Virus record (IMG/VR): IMGVR_UViG_3300004463_000226
Coordinates: 170,336-234,335 of that record
Direction: 5' to 3' (one strand)
DNA length: 64,000 nt
Shown here: positions 37,358 through 46,393 of the stretch, piece by piece
Position numbering within the stretch: the stretch's first letter is position 1
How the letters are laid out: every line of letters begins with the position of its first letter
Made by a program: the position numbers and the translations under genes
The notes under the pieces: generated by a model
The model's input: only the letters and a program-made list of their open reading frames with translations
Database searches by the model: none
Told to the model about the DNA's origin: nothing

Positions 37358-38233
37358 ATGAAAATCTTATTAAACAGCAGCGAAACAAAATTGGTGAAAG
37401 AAATCAAAGAACGTTTTCCAAAAGCATTTGAATCAGCTACTAAATCTTTCAACAAGGTAGTTGAAGTTCGCGAAGGTGATAAAGGATATACTATCTTTGT
37501 TAAACCTGCATTTATTAAGGATACTGTTTATATGATCCTTAATAAAGTTGTACCTGCATATCACATGATTAAGTCAGCTTTCAAGTTTATGAATCTTGGT
37601 GCATTTGGCTTTGAAGAGTTTAGTGACAAATGGTTTCCAAAAGAAGTTCCAGCTCCTGAAGATATCAAGGATGTAACTAAACAATCTGATGATATTATGA
37701 GTGACATTGAAGCACAGGAAATTATCCAAATTCGCAAGGAATTAAAAATTATGCATTCGAGTGCAGAGTTCCTTGGAAGACCTAAATTAGCTGGACGTAT
37801 TCGACGTGTAATTGATGATTGTAAAGTTATGGTTAATACAGGTAGATTTACAGACTGTTACACTGTTGCAGGTTTGAATGCATTTAGGGATGCCACATCT
37901 AAGAGAATTTCCAATGTAAGAAAAGGACAATCAATGTTCAAAAAAGACGTTTACCATGTAACTAATAATGTTGTTGTCGAGGAACCAGTTGATAAGGAAG
38001 CTAAAGAACTCAATAAACTTATTGAGAACTTTAGAGATGTTCGTAATCAAGCTCTCATCCTGAATAAATATTCTATAGCTCTTGGATGTGACAAGTTCAT
38101 TAATGTATGTGAAAATAGATTACATACTGGTGTATATGAGGATGATCATGATATATCATCTCTTCAAATGGAATGTGGTGCTAAGGAAGCTGAAATCGAT
38201 TATGTAAAAGAAGAACTCGCTACAAGAAGTTGA
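37358..38233 (+). CDS. Hypothetical protein (start revised to MKILLN)
   Basis: Seen: duplicated leader and RBS upstream; hairpin at about 38266-38292. Confidence 0.8.
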   Translation: MKILLNSSETKLVKEIKERFPKAFESATKSFNKVVEVREGDKGYTIFVKPAFIKDTVYMILNKVVPAYHMIKSAFKFMNLGAFGFEEFSDKWFPKEVPAPEDIKDVTKQSDDIMSDIEAQEIIQIRKELKIMHSSAEFLGRPKLAGRIRRVIDDCKVMVNTGRFTDCYTVAGLNAFRDATSKRISNVRKGQSMFKKDVYHVTNNVVVEEPVDKEAKELNKLIENFRDVRNQALILNKYSIALGCDKFINVCENRLHTGVYEDDHDISSLQMECGAKEAEIDYVKEELATRS

Positions 38234-38292
38234 TAATTAAAATATGGTAATGGATACTTTCGTATCCATTACCTGTTTCATATTTATTTTTT

Positions 38293-39015
38293 TTACGTAT
38301 CTAATGTCTTCTTAACAACCAGACCATTAGTTATAAGGTCAGATTTTATTCCCATTCCTATTAGATGTACATCCACAGCATTAAGAGTAACCTTATTGTC
38401 CACATCATTTGTCAGTGTACTTAAAGATACAAATCCTTTTTGCGCAATAGATGAATACATCTCATTCTTCATTACCATATCATCGGCACGAGGACCCATT
38501 AACTCTCTAAGTGTCTCTGTAGCATCAATTGTAACTAATGCGAAGTTCTCCGTATCTGAGTCACGGGCATTCTTATCTCGACCAACTACTTGTCCTGTTA
38601 ATGCAGAACGACTAGATACTTCAGTAGATGTTGTATTCTTTTTACTAAGAATCTGCTGCATGCGTTTAACATGTATGAACCCAACTGGTACTTCGAATTT
38701 AGTAATAACAGGATTCTCTTTATTGTTATTTGCAAAAGGCATTACTACACGTTCAAATAAAGGAACTCCTAAACGTTTAGCTGCTTTTTCAACATCTTCA
38801 ATTTTAAGATCCCGTTCATAATCAACAACATCTAATACCAAATATTCATCTTCAGTAGCAAAGAACTTCTTAAAGAAAGAATCAAACTGAGCATCATTCA
38901 TTGTTTTAAACATGTCTCGATATTTACTAGAGTTTGTTTTAGTACTATCTAAATCATCGAAGACATTATATATAAGATCCTCCATTTTTTTTCTTGTAGC
39001 CTTACTTATAGCCAT
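38293..39015 (-). CDS. Second RNA polymerase beta C-terminal piece (probably virion RNAP)
   Basis: Seen: VPVGFIHVKRMQQIL, RSALTGQVVG, RDSDTENFAL, LRELMGPRADD parallel beta VTVGYMYMLKL...QRFGEMEVWAL...LQEMLTVKSDD. Inferred: virion enzyme because it has an AACA (late-type) promoter. Confidence 0.7.
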   Translation of the reverse strand: MAISKATRKKMEDLIYNVFDDLDSTKTNSSKYRDMFKTMNDAQFDSFFKKFFATEDEYLVLDVVDYERDLKIEDVEKAAKRLGVPLFERVVMPFANNNKENPVITKFEVPVGFIHVKRMQQILSKKNTTSTEVSSRSALTGQVVGRDKNARDSDTENFALVTIDATETLRELMGPRADDMVMKNEMYSSIAQKGFVSLSTLTNDVDNKVTLNAVDVHLIGMGIKSDLITNGLVVKKTLDT

Positions 39016-39042
39016 TTCCTATCACCTCTAGTCAGGATTAAT

Positions 39043-39069
39043 TAATAATATGTTGAAAACATAGATTTA
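39043..39069. promoter_or_regulatory. Back-to-back divergent AACA-N6-TA promoters (39043-39054 minus; 39058-39069 plus)
   Basis: Seen: TA-ATAATA-TGTT then AACA-TAGATT-TA. Confidence 0.7.
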
Positions 39070-39083
39070 AATAAAAGGAGGTA

Positions 39084-39536
39084 ATGAATATGGTATTAGT
39101 TAAGTATCACAGGAAAGGTCATGTCTCAATAGCAGATGCTACTCACACCTATCCATATGGAGAAATAAAGACTATAGACATAACTCATTATAGATTAGAT
39201 GATAGGCAAGAAGTAAATATAGTAATAGACAATGAACCTGACTTTAAAATAAACTTTCTAGATCATTTAGATAAAAAAATTGTGATATCTCCTTATGCTA
39301 TTAAATCTGTTAATGACGAGAATGGCACTTTAATTTCATTAAATGTATATGAAGACTGTCTAACTCATGGATCACTATCACTTCGCAACATAGGAATGTT
39401 TGAAATCACCCATGATACCAGTGAAGGTAAGGATGAAGTTTCAATTGCTGTGGATGGTGAAAATATATTCCGTTTTGATAACAACTATACTGGAAAATGT
39501 ATTATCACAAATAACATTCAACATAAACCTCACTAA
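39084..39536 (+). CDS. Hypothetical beta-rich protein
   Basis: Seen: 150 aa, AAGGAGG RBS. Confidence 0.75.
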   Translation: MNMVLVKYHRKGHVSIADATHTYPYGEIKTIDITHYRLDDRQEVNIVIDNEPDFKINFLDHLDKKIVISPYAIKSVNDENGTLISLNVYEDCLTHGSLSLRNIGMFEITHDTSEGKDEVSIAVDGENIFRFDNNYTGKCIITNNIQHKPH

Positions 39537-39615
39537 TCGTATTTCCAATCTTTCTATTTATATATTATAAATACGAGGTGAAATGATTATAGACAGAAAC
39601 GGGGAATAATGAAGC

Positions 39616-39852
39616 ATGGATTTAGTACTAATCAAGAATAAGGGTAAAATCAAAGTTTATCATGGGACACTGGATTACCATGAAGCAAACCATCATTTCT
39701 TCGCCACCGTGGTTGATGGACAAATTCAAGACCTAGTAGTTCACACATTGGATGAAGATCAGATGAAAATGACTCCAGTAGATGAGTATACTAAGGGCGC
39801 ATTATTTGAGATCCTAACAGAGGAGTATGTACAACAAAGCGTCCCAGTGTAA
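39616..39852 (+). CDS. Hypothetical protein
   Basis: Seen: 78 aa; TATATTAT at 39561-39568. Confidence 0.7.
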   Translation: MDLVLIKNKGKIKVYHGTLDYHEANHHFFATVVDGQIQDLVVHTLDEDQMKMTPVDEYTKGALFEILTEEYVQQSVPV

Positions 39853-39937
39853 GGGGAGGAGAAAGAGAGACATCGCGAATCTCTCTTTCCCTTATTTTCT
39901 TTTGTAAAAAAATATATAACGAAATGGGGAGTACATA

Positions 39938-40264
39938 ATGTCATATATTGATGATCAATTGGGTTTTGAAACAGTGTATAATTTTTCTGAGGAGATTGAT
40001 ACATTTCTCCATAAAGAAAATTTTTCATACGATAATATATTCGCCATATTCGAAAGAACTTTCCATCGGGTAGATAAAAATATAGAAATATCCGTAGTAG
40101 TATATAGAAGCTCCATACATTGTAAGGTGTTTAAAAAATCTGTAGATAAAAAGAAGGTTGAAACAAAAGTAAATTATGATGTATGTGACTTTGAAAGTTT
40201 TAAAGACGCCTATGATAAGATTATAGAATTTATCAAAAATGATGTATTGACAAGGAGCTACTAA
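39938..40264 (+). CDS. Hypothetical protein, tandem paralog of 40266..40589
   Basis: Seen: both start MSYI and share F(L)..E.F....F....F......ISvvvY.S.IH. Confidence 0.75.
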   Translation: MSYIDDQLGFETVYNFSEEIDTFLHKENFSYDNIFAIFERTFHRVDKNIEISVVVYRSSIHCKVFKKSVDKKKVETKVNYDVCDFESFKDAYDKIIEFIKNDVLTRSY

Positions 40265-40265
40265 G

Positions 40266-40589
40266 ATGTCGTATATAGAATCAATGTTAAACTTAAAACA
40301 AGAACTTACATTTGAACCTAGTAAGATTAATGCTTTCTTAGTTAATGAGGGTTTTGAATTTGGAGAAGCATCAAATGCTTTTGAAAAAGTAATGTTCACT
40401 GAAGGATTTACTGTATATAGAATATCAATATATGTATATGAATCTCATATACACTATAACGTTAAATATGCTGACAATCTGTTTGAAAAGAATAAAAATA
40501 CTATCCGTTATACAAAGGATCATCTGACAGATTTTATTAATAAGTACAATAAGGCTATTGAACTTATTAATCACTATATATCATACTAA
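40266..40589 (+). CDS. Hypothetical protein, tandem paralog of 39938..40264
   Basis: Seen: as above; terminator at 40596-40630. Confidence 0.75.
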   Translation: MSYIESMLNLKQELTFEPSKINAFLVNEGFEFGEASNAFEKVMFTEGFTVYRISIYVYESHIHYNVKYADNLFEKNKNTIRYTKDHLTDFINKYNKAIELINHYISY

Positions 40590-40628
40590 AGAAGATAACA
40601 GGAACCGTAATTGGTTCCTGTTATTTTT

Positions 40629-41861
40629 TTATCTTACTCCTTTAGCTGAAGTCTGGATACTCATAACAAAGAACATGAATAATGCACGTCTAAAGTTATT
40701 AATAGTAGCCAAACGCTGTGTTTTTTTGTATGTTCCGAGGTCTTCTAGCCAGCGGTCCAGAATCTTCTTGATTTTAATAATATTCTCATCTGTAGTATTA
40801 GATTTCTTATACGTATCGAGACAGTATACTAAGAATCTATTGCTGTCACTGATACCATCTACAGTATTTTGATCATTAAATAAATATAAGAATAAAATAC
40901 TTTCGACCACTTTTCTAATCTCTTCGCGATTATCACTTACAACCATTGTCGTTAAGTAATTACGTAATTCACTGATACTGACCTGAGACCATTTAGCTGC
41001 TATGCTAACAAGTTTCATACTAGGACCATTTACTACAAGCTCTAATGTTACCTTGTTAGTTAACCGTTCAATAGCATAAGTATTACTGTCAGCTTCATGG
41101 TAATTATCTTCTTCAAAACTATCGCTATCACTATTAAGATAGAGATTCTGATCTTTATTAGCATAGAACTCATTAGCGATATTTTTCATGAAACTATTAA
41201 GACGTGTTTTTACATCCATTGTAAAGTCAACAAAGTCTTTATCAGTTCCTTTTTCAATACGGTCTTTATGAAGCTTATAACTACCGTGAACTGTGTCCAT
41301 AATAGCAGCAAATAAAGTACCTGACTGTTTTATCTTAAACTTATTAGATAAGTTATTGATAGTGTAGTTCATAACCTGTTCATTAGGCTCATGTTTAAAG
41401 TACTTAAAGTGAAGTGAAGGATACATTGATAATGCTAAATACATAAGAACCACATTTGCCATATCTTCATTCTTTTTCACAGTAAAATAACGGATAGCTA
41501 ATACACTTGCTGTATTAAATGGCTCCGCCATAATCTTCCAGTGTGACTGAATGTTACTAGATTTTTTAATTGTAACTTTGACGAGATTAGGGTCTAACTG
41601 TGTAGCCTCGTACAATTTATTAGAATCCGAATCTGAGAAAATTGTACGATAAAGAGGTCCACTGGTCGTAAGCTTGTCGTTGTTTCTGTCGATATATTCA
41701 CCAACAGACTTCTTTATTAATTCTACATTTTCTTTTTTCGACAGACCTTTTTCTACCATTGGATAGAGTTCTGTCAATAATAAGCTGTCTTCTTTAGCCA
41801 CGGTTCTCAACTCCTTAAGAATAATATTATTAAATTGTTTTTTCTTTTTATTCTGAAGCAA
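40629..41861 (-). CDS. Hypothetical helical protein (possibly virion-associated)
   Basis: Seen: 410-aa ORF; exact start uncertain. Inferred: function unknown. Confidence 0.75.
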   Translation of the reverse strand: MLQNKKKKQFNNIILKELRTVAKEDSLLLTELYPMVEKGLSKKENVELIKKSVGEYIDRNNDKLTTSGPLYRTIFSDSDSNKLYEATQLDPNLVKVTIKKSSNIQSHWKIMAEPFNTASVLAIRYFTVKKNEDMANVVLMYLALSMYPSLHFKYFKHEPNEQVMNYTINNLSNKFKIKQSGTLFAAIMDTVHGSYKLHKDRIEKGTDKDFVDFTMDVKTRLNSFMKNIANEFYANKDQNLYLNSDSDSFEEDNYHEADSNTYAIERLTNKVTLELVVNGPSMKLVSIAAKWSQVSISELRNYLTTMVVSDNREEIRKVVESILFLYLFNDQNTVDGISDSNRFLVYCLDTYKKSNTTDENIIKIKKILDRWLEDLGTYKKTQRLATINNFRRALFMFFVMSIQTSAKGVR

Positions 41862-41864
41862 CTC

Positions 41865-41876
41865 AACATTATTCTA
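41865..41876 (+). promoter_or_regulatory. AACA-N6-TA promoter
   Basis: Seen: AACA-TTATTC-TA 22 nt before 41899. Confidence 0.7.
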
Positions 41877-41898
41877 ATAACCTAGGAGGAGAATAGAT

Positions 41899-43188
41899 AT
41901 GACTATTTTTGGAAGTAGAAATATGTCTCCAGTAGTGGAGAAATATGTAGGTACTATTAGTAACAGGAAAGAGTTTGATGTAATTGAAAAGGAAATGGCT
42001 GAAATAGTCAAGTACATCAATGAATCACATAGAGCATTAACTGATAGGATAATGACTGGTGATGTTATTGGTGGTGTTACTATAAGCGCAAATAAATTAA
42101 ATACAGGAGATAGTAATATAAAGATTGAGCAAATGTTTAAAAAGATATTTGGGGTTAAGGAGTTTTGTCTCACATGGATGACTGATTCCAATCCTGGTGC
42201 ATTTACTCTACCTAAAACATATCAGATATTAGATAGAAACTATAAACGTGCTGCTAATGGTCAGCATTCTAATAGTAAACTATTTGTTGGTGTAGTAATG
42301 CATACTGGATTGGTTACTCAATGTAATCTTAACGAGAAGGAACTTATCGCTATAATACTTCATGAAATAGGTCATAATTTCTATCCATCTATATTCAATA
42401 TTCTTTCTGGCATTTCGTTACAAATACCTGTCGATCTTATGGGTCCGACTATGATGCAACAAATAACAATGAACTTAGCTCAAGCTGGAGCAAGAGATAT
42501 CTTATCAATGAATGTTATATTATATAAACTTTTGTTTAGAGTTCCTATGTATATTACTAAAGAGTTCCCTGCATTAGAACGAGCTGGTGCAATTGCAAAA
42601 GAAATATATAACGAAGGATCTAGTTTAGTCAATACATTTATACGTGTTAAGAATTTAATAGATGTGTTTAAGGGACTACGTAGATTTATTGTTAAGCCGT
42701 TCTCTATTTTATTCTTATACAATGAAGAGAAACATTCTGATAGCTTTGCTACAGATTATGGATATGGTCAATATATAGCTTCTGGTTTAGCTAAAATGAG
42801 ATTACAGGAAAGAAGTGTTAAAGCTAAAATCATATATAACACCCCTGGACTCAACTGGATAACTGATTTTATGGATGTGCAATTTGAACTCATCGGGCGT
42901 TGCTTTAGCGGTTATCCATCTGAACAAAACCGTGCTAGAACACAGTTAGATAGATTGAAACGAAGTGCAAAAGATGAATCTCTAGATCCTCGTGTAAGAA
43001 AGGAACTAGAGAAACAAATAGAAGATTTTGAAAATTATTATAACAATGAATACTTATCTATATCCACTGACCAGAATAAAAAAAGAATCTTTACATGGGC
43101 ATATATGAATATAGTGGAGAAAGTATTCCGTGGTAAAGCAGATATACGTGAAATAGTATATGCTTTTGATCCAGAAAAGTATAACTGA
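41899..43188 (+). CDS. Zincin-like metallopeptidase-domain protein (HExxH)
   Basis: Seen: IILHEIGHNF and downstream EEKHSDSFATDYGYG...ASGLAKM (M48-like third-ligand pattern). Confidence 0.65.
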   Translation: MTIFGSRNMSPVVEKYVGTISNRKEFDVIEKEMAEIVKYINESHRALTDRIMTGDVIGGVTISANKLNTGDSNIKIEQMFKKIFGVKEFCLTWMTDSNPGAFTLPKTYQILDRNYKRAANGQHSNSKLFVGVVMHTGLVTQCNLNEKELIAIILHEIGHNFYPSIFNILSGISLQIPVDLMGPTMMQQITMNLAQAGARDILSMNVILYKLLFRVPMYITKEFPALERAGAIAKEIYNEGSSLVNTFIRVKNLIDVFKGLRRFIVKPFSILFLYNEEKHSDSFATDYGYGQYIASGLAKMRLQERSVKAKIIYNTPGLNWITDFMDVQFELIGRCFSGYPSEQNRARTQLDRLKRSAKDESLDPRVRKELEKQIEDFENYYNNEYLSISTDQNKKRIFTWAYMNIVEKVFRGKADIREIVYAFDPEKYN

Positions 43189-43787
43189 CAAAATAATAGA
43201 GATATACGCTGATAAACGTATATCTCTATTATATAAGCTTGAATATCTACAGTATAAGACTAGTTATCATATACAGTAGCCTTTTTTAACTCTTAGAATC
43301 GTCCAAATTATTAACGACATCATGTCTTCTACATAATAGATATATAAAAGGACAATCAGCAACTATAGTTCTATTTTTACATTCTTTCCAAAGGATAATC
43401 CCGTAACTTTTAAAAACCTTGAAGGAAACCGACTCGGCGTTACAAGACGCTTTGTACAGATGTGATATTACGATGTTGTTGTGTTCCCCGTTTATGGCTC
43501 TATTACAGTTCTTTTAATGGACTGGACAAGAAGTATTGTGTAACTGTTTGATATTCTAGCTTACCATAAGCGGTACAATTTATAATGCCCTGACAGTGTA
43601 ACATATTAAATTCTACCTCCATATGGATGTGTACTCGAATATGATGGATAATACTCCCAAATTTAGGACTACTATCTATTACTTTTTTTGTTCTGAGGCA
43701 AATAACTTTTTATTCAAAATGACCGTTTTTTCTTCTTAGAGTAAAGGTTTCTGTGATCCTAAGAAAAAAAGAAAAGGATAGCAAATG

Positions 43788-44579
43788 CTATCCCTTATAC
43801 TGTATTTTTTCAACTAGTTTATTAACCGTTTCTTTTTCTTCTTCTCTATACTTTTCAGTAGTAGCTATATTCTTTGTAAGTATTTCTATTTGTTCCTCGA
43901 CTAATTGCTTTGTAGCAACAATTGTTGGGTTAACATAGTTGAGGTGCATCAGTTTAGATCGTATGTCTTTAAGTATACGAATATCATTTAAATCATGGCT
44001 AGTACCTTTACACAACTCTTCTCTAACCCATCCATTCTCTTTTAGCTTATTCCATACAGGAATAAAGTTCTCTATTGCATATTTATCAGCAATGGCTTCA
44101 GAAAATACAAATGTACTATAAGGAGATAATTCTATTTCTTCATAAAAATATTTTGACAGGTCTTTATCAAATGATAATCTTAATTGAGCTTGGGCTATTG
44201 TGTCAAGATCAATGTATTCGCCTAGACAGTCATTGTGACAAAATAAAGATACATAATACACATGAGCCATTTCATGTATCATTGTCATAACAAATAAGGC
44301 ATCCTCATTCAATTCTATCCCAAGGTTATTTAGAAAGTTACCGAATCTACGATCAGTACTTTCTTTAAATTCCGAATCCCTATCCATTTTATATAAATCT
44401 GTATGAAGATTTATTGTTGCATTAACCTTAAAACCCTCAACAGACCATCTACAGTAAGCTCCTTGGAAGCGTTCAATATCATCATCCAACACATCTGTGA
44501 TATTTACTTCTATGTCTGCTATAATCTGTAACTGATCATTTATAATTTCGAATATTTTTAAACCTCTATCTTTTTCCAC
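43788..44579 (-). CDS. HExxH-motif protein (start revised to GTG 44579)
   Basis: Seen: MIHEMAHVYY, EAIADKYA; GAGGAGG RBS upstream of GTG. Confidence 0.65.
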   Translation of the reverse strand: MEKDRGLKIFEIINDQLQIIADIEVNITDVLDDDIERFQGAYCRWSVEGFKVNATINLHTDLYKMDRDSEFKESTDRRFGNFLNNLGIELNEDALFVMTMIHEMAHVYYVSLFCHNDCLGEYIDLDTIAQAQLRLSFDKDLSKYFYEEIELSPYSTFVFSEAIADKYAIENFIPVWNKLKENGWVREELCKGTSHDLNDIRILKDIRSKLMHLNYVNPTIVATKQLVEEQIEILTKNIATTEKYREEEKETVNKLVEKIQYKG

Positions 44580-44979
44580 TGTTGTCCTCCTCAGGTAAAT
44601 ATGGTGCAAGCTTAGTCCAATCATCAACGATATCTTCAACAAATCTTTCACATACCATTGCAAAGGTTCTATTGTCATATACAAGACCCAGATTCTTTGC
44701 AGTTTCATGAAAAGCCCAAGGTTTAATAGCATGATCTATCCAACCATATTCATGAGGATCGCTTGGTATTTCAACTCCTACCCTAGGTTCAACTGTACCA
44801 TCAGGATGAATTATAAACATCTTATACCACTTACAATAATCTTCTACAGTTAACATTGCAACAGGGTTACCATCATTATCAGTTAGAAGATGTTGCGTTA
44901 CCAATGGAATACCTCTATCACTAAAATATTTAGGTTCGTTGATAAATACTTGATCCATATTATTTTCCTCCTTAGTCAT
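44566..44979 (-). CDS. Hypothetical protein
   Basis: Seen: 137 aa; start probably MDQVF at 44958 (AAGGAGG). Confidence 0.75.
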   Translation of the reverse strand: MTKEENNMDQVFINEPKYFSDRGIPLVTQHLLTDNDGNPVAMLTVEDYCKWYKMFIIHPDGTVEPRVGVEIPSDPHEYGWIDHAIKPWAFHETAKNLGLVYDNRTFAMVCERFVEDIVDDWTKLAPYLPEEDNSGKR

Positions 44980-45214
44980 AACTTACGTTTCTATCATGTA
45001 ATGGTTTAACATGCGTGAATCCAAACATCTCACACATCTTATCGGCAACATCTTTTGATGACATTTGACTTACAAAAAGATCATTATTCACTTTGACATA
45101 AGCAGCGCAATACATTGCATGGAATTGATCTTTGTCAAATTCATCAGTATGTTCTATGTAACGTGTATCAAAATCAGGACGATGTATTCCCTGGGATATT
45201 GTGTATATTGGCAT
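44972..45214 (-). CDS. Small protein, tandem paralog of 45224..45466
   Basis: Seen: MP(I/V)Y.I..G......L/I.H...F....F..MY..A...VA..MC...GF. Confidence 0.75.
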   Translation of the reverse strand: MPIYTISQGIHRPDFDTRYIEHTDEFDKDQFHAMYCAAYVKVNNDLFVSQMSSKDVADKMCEMFGFTHVKPLHDRNVSYD

Positions 45215-45223
45215 ATATTCACC

Positions 45224-45466
45224 TCATTCCATATCTATATTTTTAACATATAGAATTTCTTGTTCAGCAAAGCCATGTTCTTTACACATAACAAGAGCTA
45301 CATCTCGGGCATTAAGGTATCCTCTACCTGGTAGTAATCTAGATGTTATCTTTGCATCCTCATACATCTTATTAAACTCTTCTTCAGTAAATGTCTTTTC
45401 ATGTACTAAATCAACAAAGTCAAAGCTCTCATCATCGGTTCCTTCACAAATTCTATAAACTGGCAT
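45224..45466 (-). CDS. Small protein, tandem paralog of 44972..45214
   Basis: Seen: as above; TATATTAT at 45524-45531. Confidence 0.75.
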   Translation of the reverse strand: MPVYRICEGTDDESFDFVDLVHEKTFTEEEFNKMYEDAKITSRLLPGRGYLNARDVALVMCKEHGFAEQEILYVKNIDME

Positions 45467-45493
45467 TTTCTTTCCCTCCTAAAAATATGTATT

Positions 45494-45519
45494 GGGAATA
45501 GTACAATTGTACTATTCCC
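45494..45519. repeat. 26-bp perfect palindrome
   Basis: Seen: GGGAATAGTACAATTGTACTATTCCC. Confidence 0.9.
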
Positions 45520-45538
45520 TTATATAATATATAGATGT

Positions 45539-45904
45539 TTATTGTATGGATACTACTAACAGACCCTCATGCTCTTTTATGAATTTTACCATATCCTCAG
45601 CCTCTACATCCCAACTAATATTCTTGGATGCGACCTCTACAGCTTCAAACTGACTCATGAGAGTTTCAAGATAACCCTTTCCAAACTCAGCTAAACGCTC
45701 TTGATAATCTGGTTTATCTTCGTCATTCCAACCAAATTCTGATTCAAATGCATCGCATCCAGAACAGCTTCCAAAAGATCCATTCACCCAGCCACTTTGA
45801 CCTTCATAAGACACTAAAGCCCACCATTCACCTTGATAAGATCCAAAATTCTCAAATGCTATAATCTTTGCTCCTGCCGCTTCCATTGCTTTTTCATAAC
45901 TCAT
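45539..45904 (-). CDS. Hypothetical protein, tandem paralog of 45965..46351
   Basis: Seen: AAGAKI..F..FGS..G.WWALV.YEG..GW....FGSCS.CDA.E.EFGW shared. Confidence 0.8.
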   Translation of the reverse strand: MSYEKAMEAAGAKIIAFENFGSYQGEWWALVSYEGQSGWVNGSFGSCSGCDAFESEFGWNDEDKPDYQERLAEFGKGYLETLMSQFEAVEVASKNISWDVEAEDMVKFIKEHEGLLVVSIQ

Positions 45905-45964
45905 TTAATTCGCCTCCCAAAATTATGTAGGGGATAGAGACTCTCACTCTATCCCCGTGTTGCT

Positions 45965-46351
45965 TTATAGGTTCAATGATACTAGCATAACATCCCTGTA
46001 CTGTTCAACAAACTCTAACATGTCCTCTGCATCGAGATCCCAATCAAGATCTCTTCCTGCTCTTTTCTCAGCTTGTTCTTGTGTCATAAGATCATCTAAA
46101 TACGTTTTACCAAATTCGACTAATCGTTTGAATCTCTCTTCCTCGGTTTCAGCATCTTCTCTATCCCAACCAAACTCAGCTTCATATGCATCACACACAG
46201 AACAACTTCCGAAATAATCATGTATCCAGCCTGTTCTACCTTCGTACATAACCAATGCCCACCAGTTACCCTCCCATGAACCAAAATAACCAAAATCAAC
46301 AATTTTTGCTCCAGCAGCTTGTAAAGACTCCTTGTAACCCATTAATATCAC
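45965..46351 (-). CDS. Hypothetical protein, tandem paralog of 45539..45904
   Basis: Seen: as above. Confidence 0.8.
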   Translation of the reverse strand: MILMGYKESLQAAGAKIVDFGYFGSWEGNWWALVMYEGRTGWIHDYFGSCSVCDAYEAEFGWDREDAETEEERFKRLVEFGKTYLDDLMTQEQAEKRAGRDLDWDLDAEDMLEFVEQYRDVMLVSLNL

Positions 46352-46393
46352 CTCGAAGTTTATTAAGGGACAAGGAGTCTCACCCTGCCCCTC

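Noticed and set aside
40629-41861. Chimallin or sigma-like RNAP subunit
   Set aside because: No motif I can match to either; left as hypothetical.
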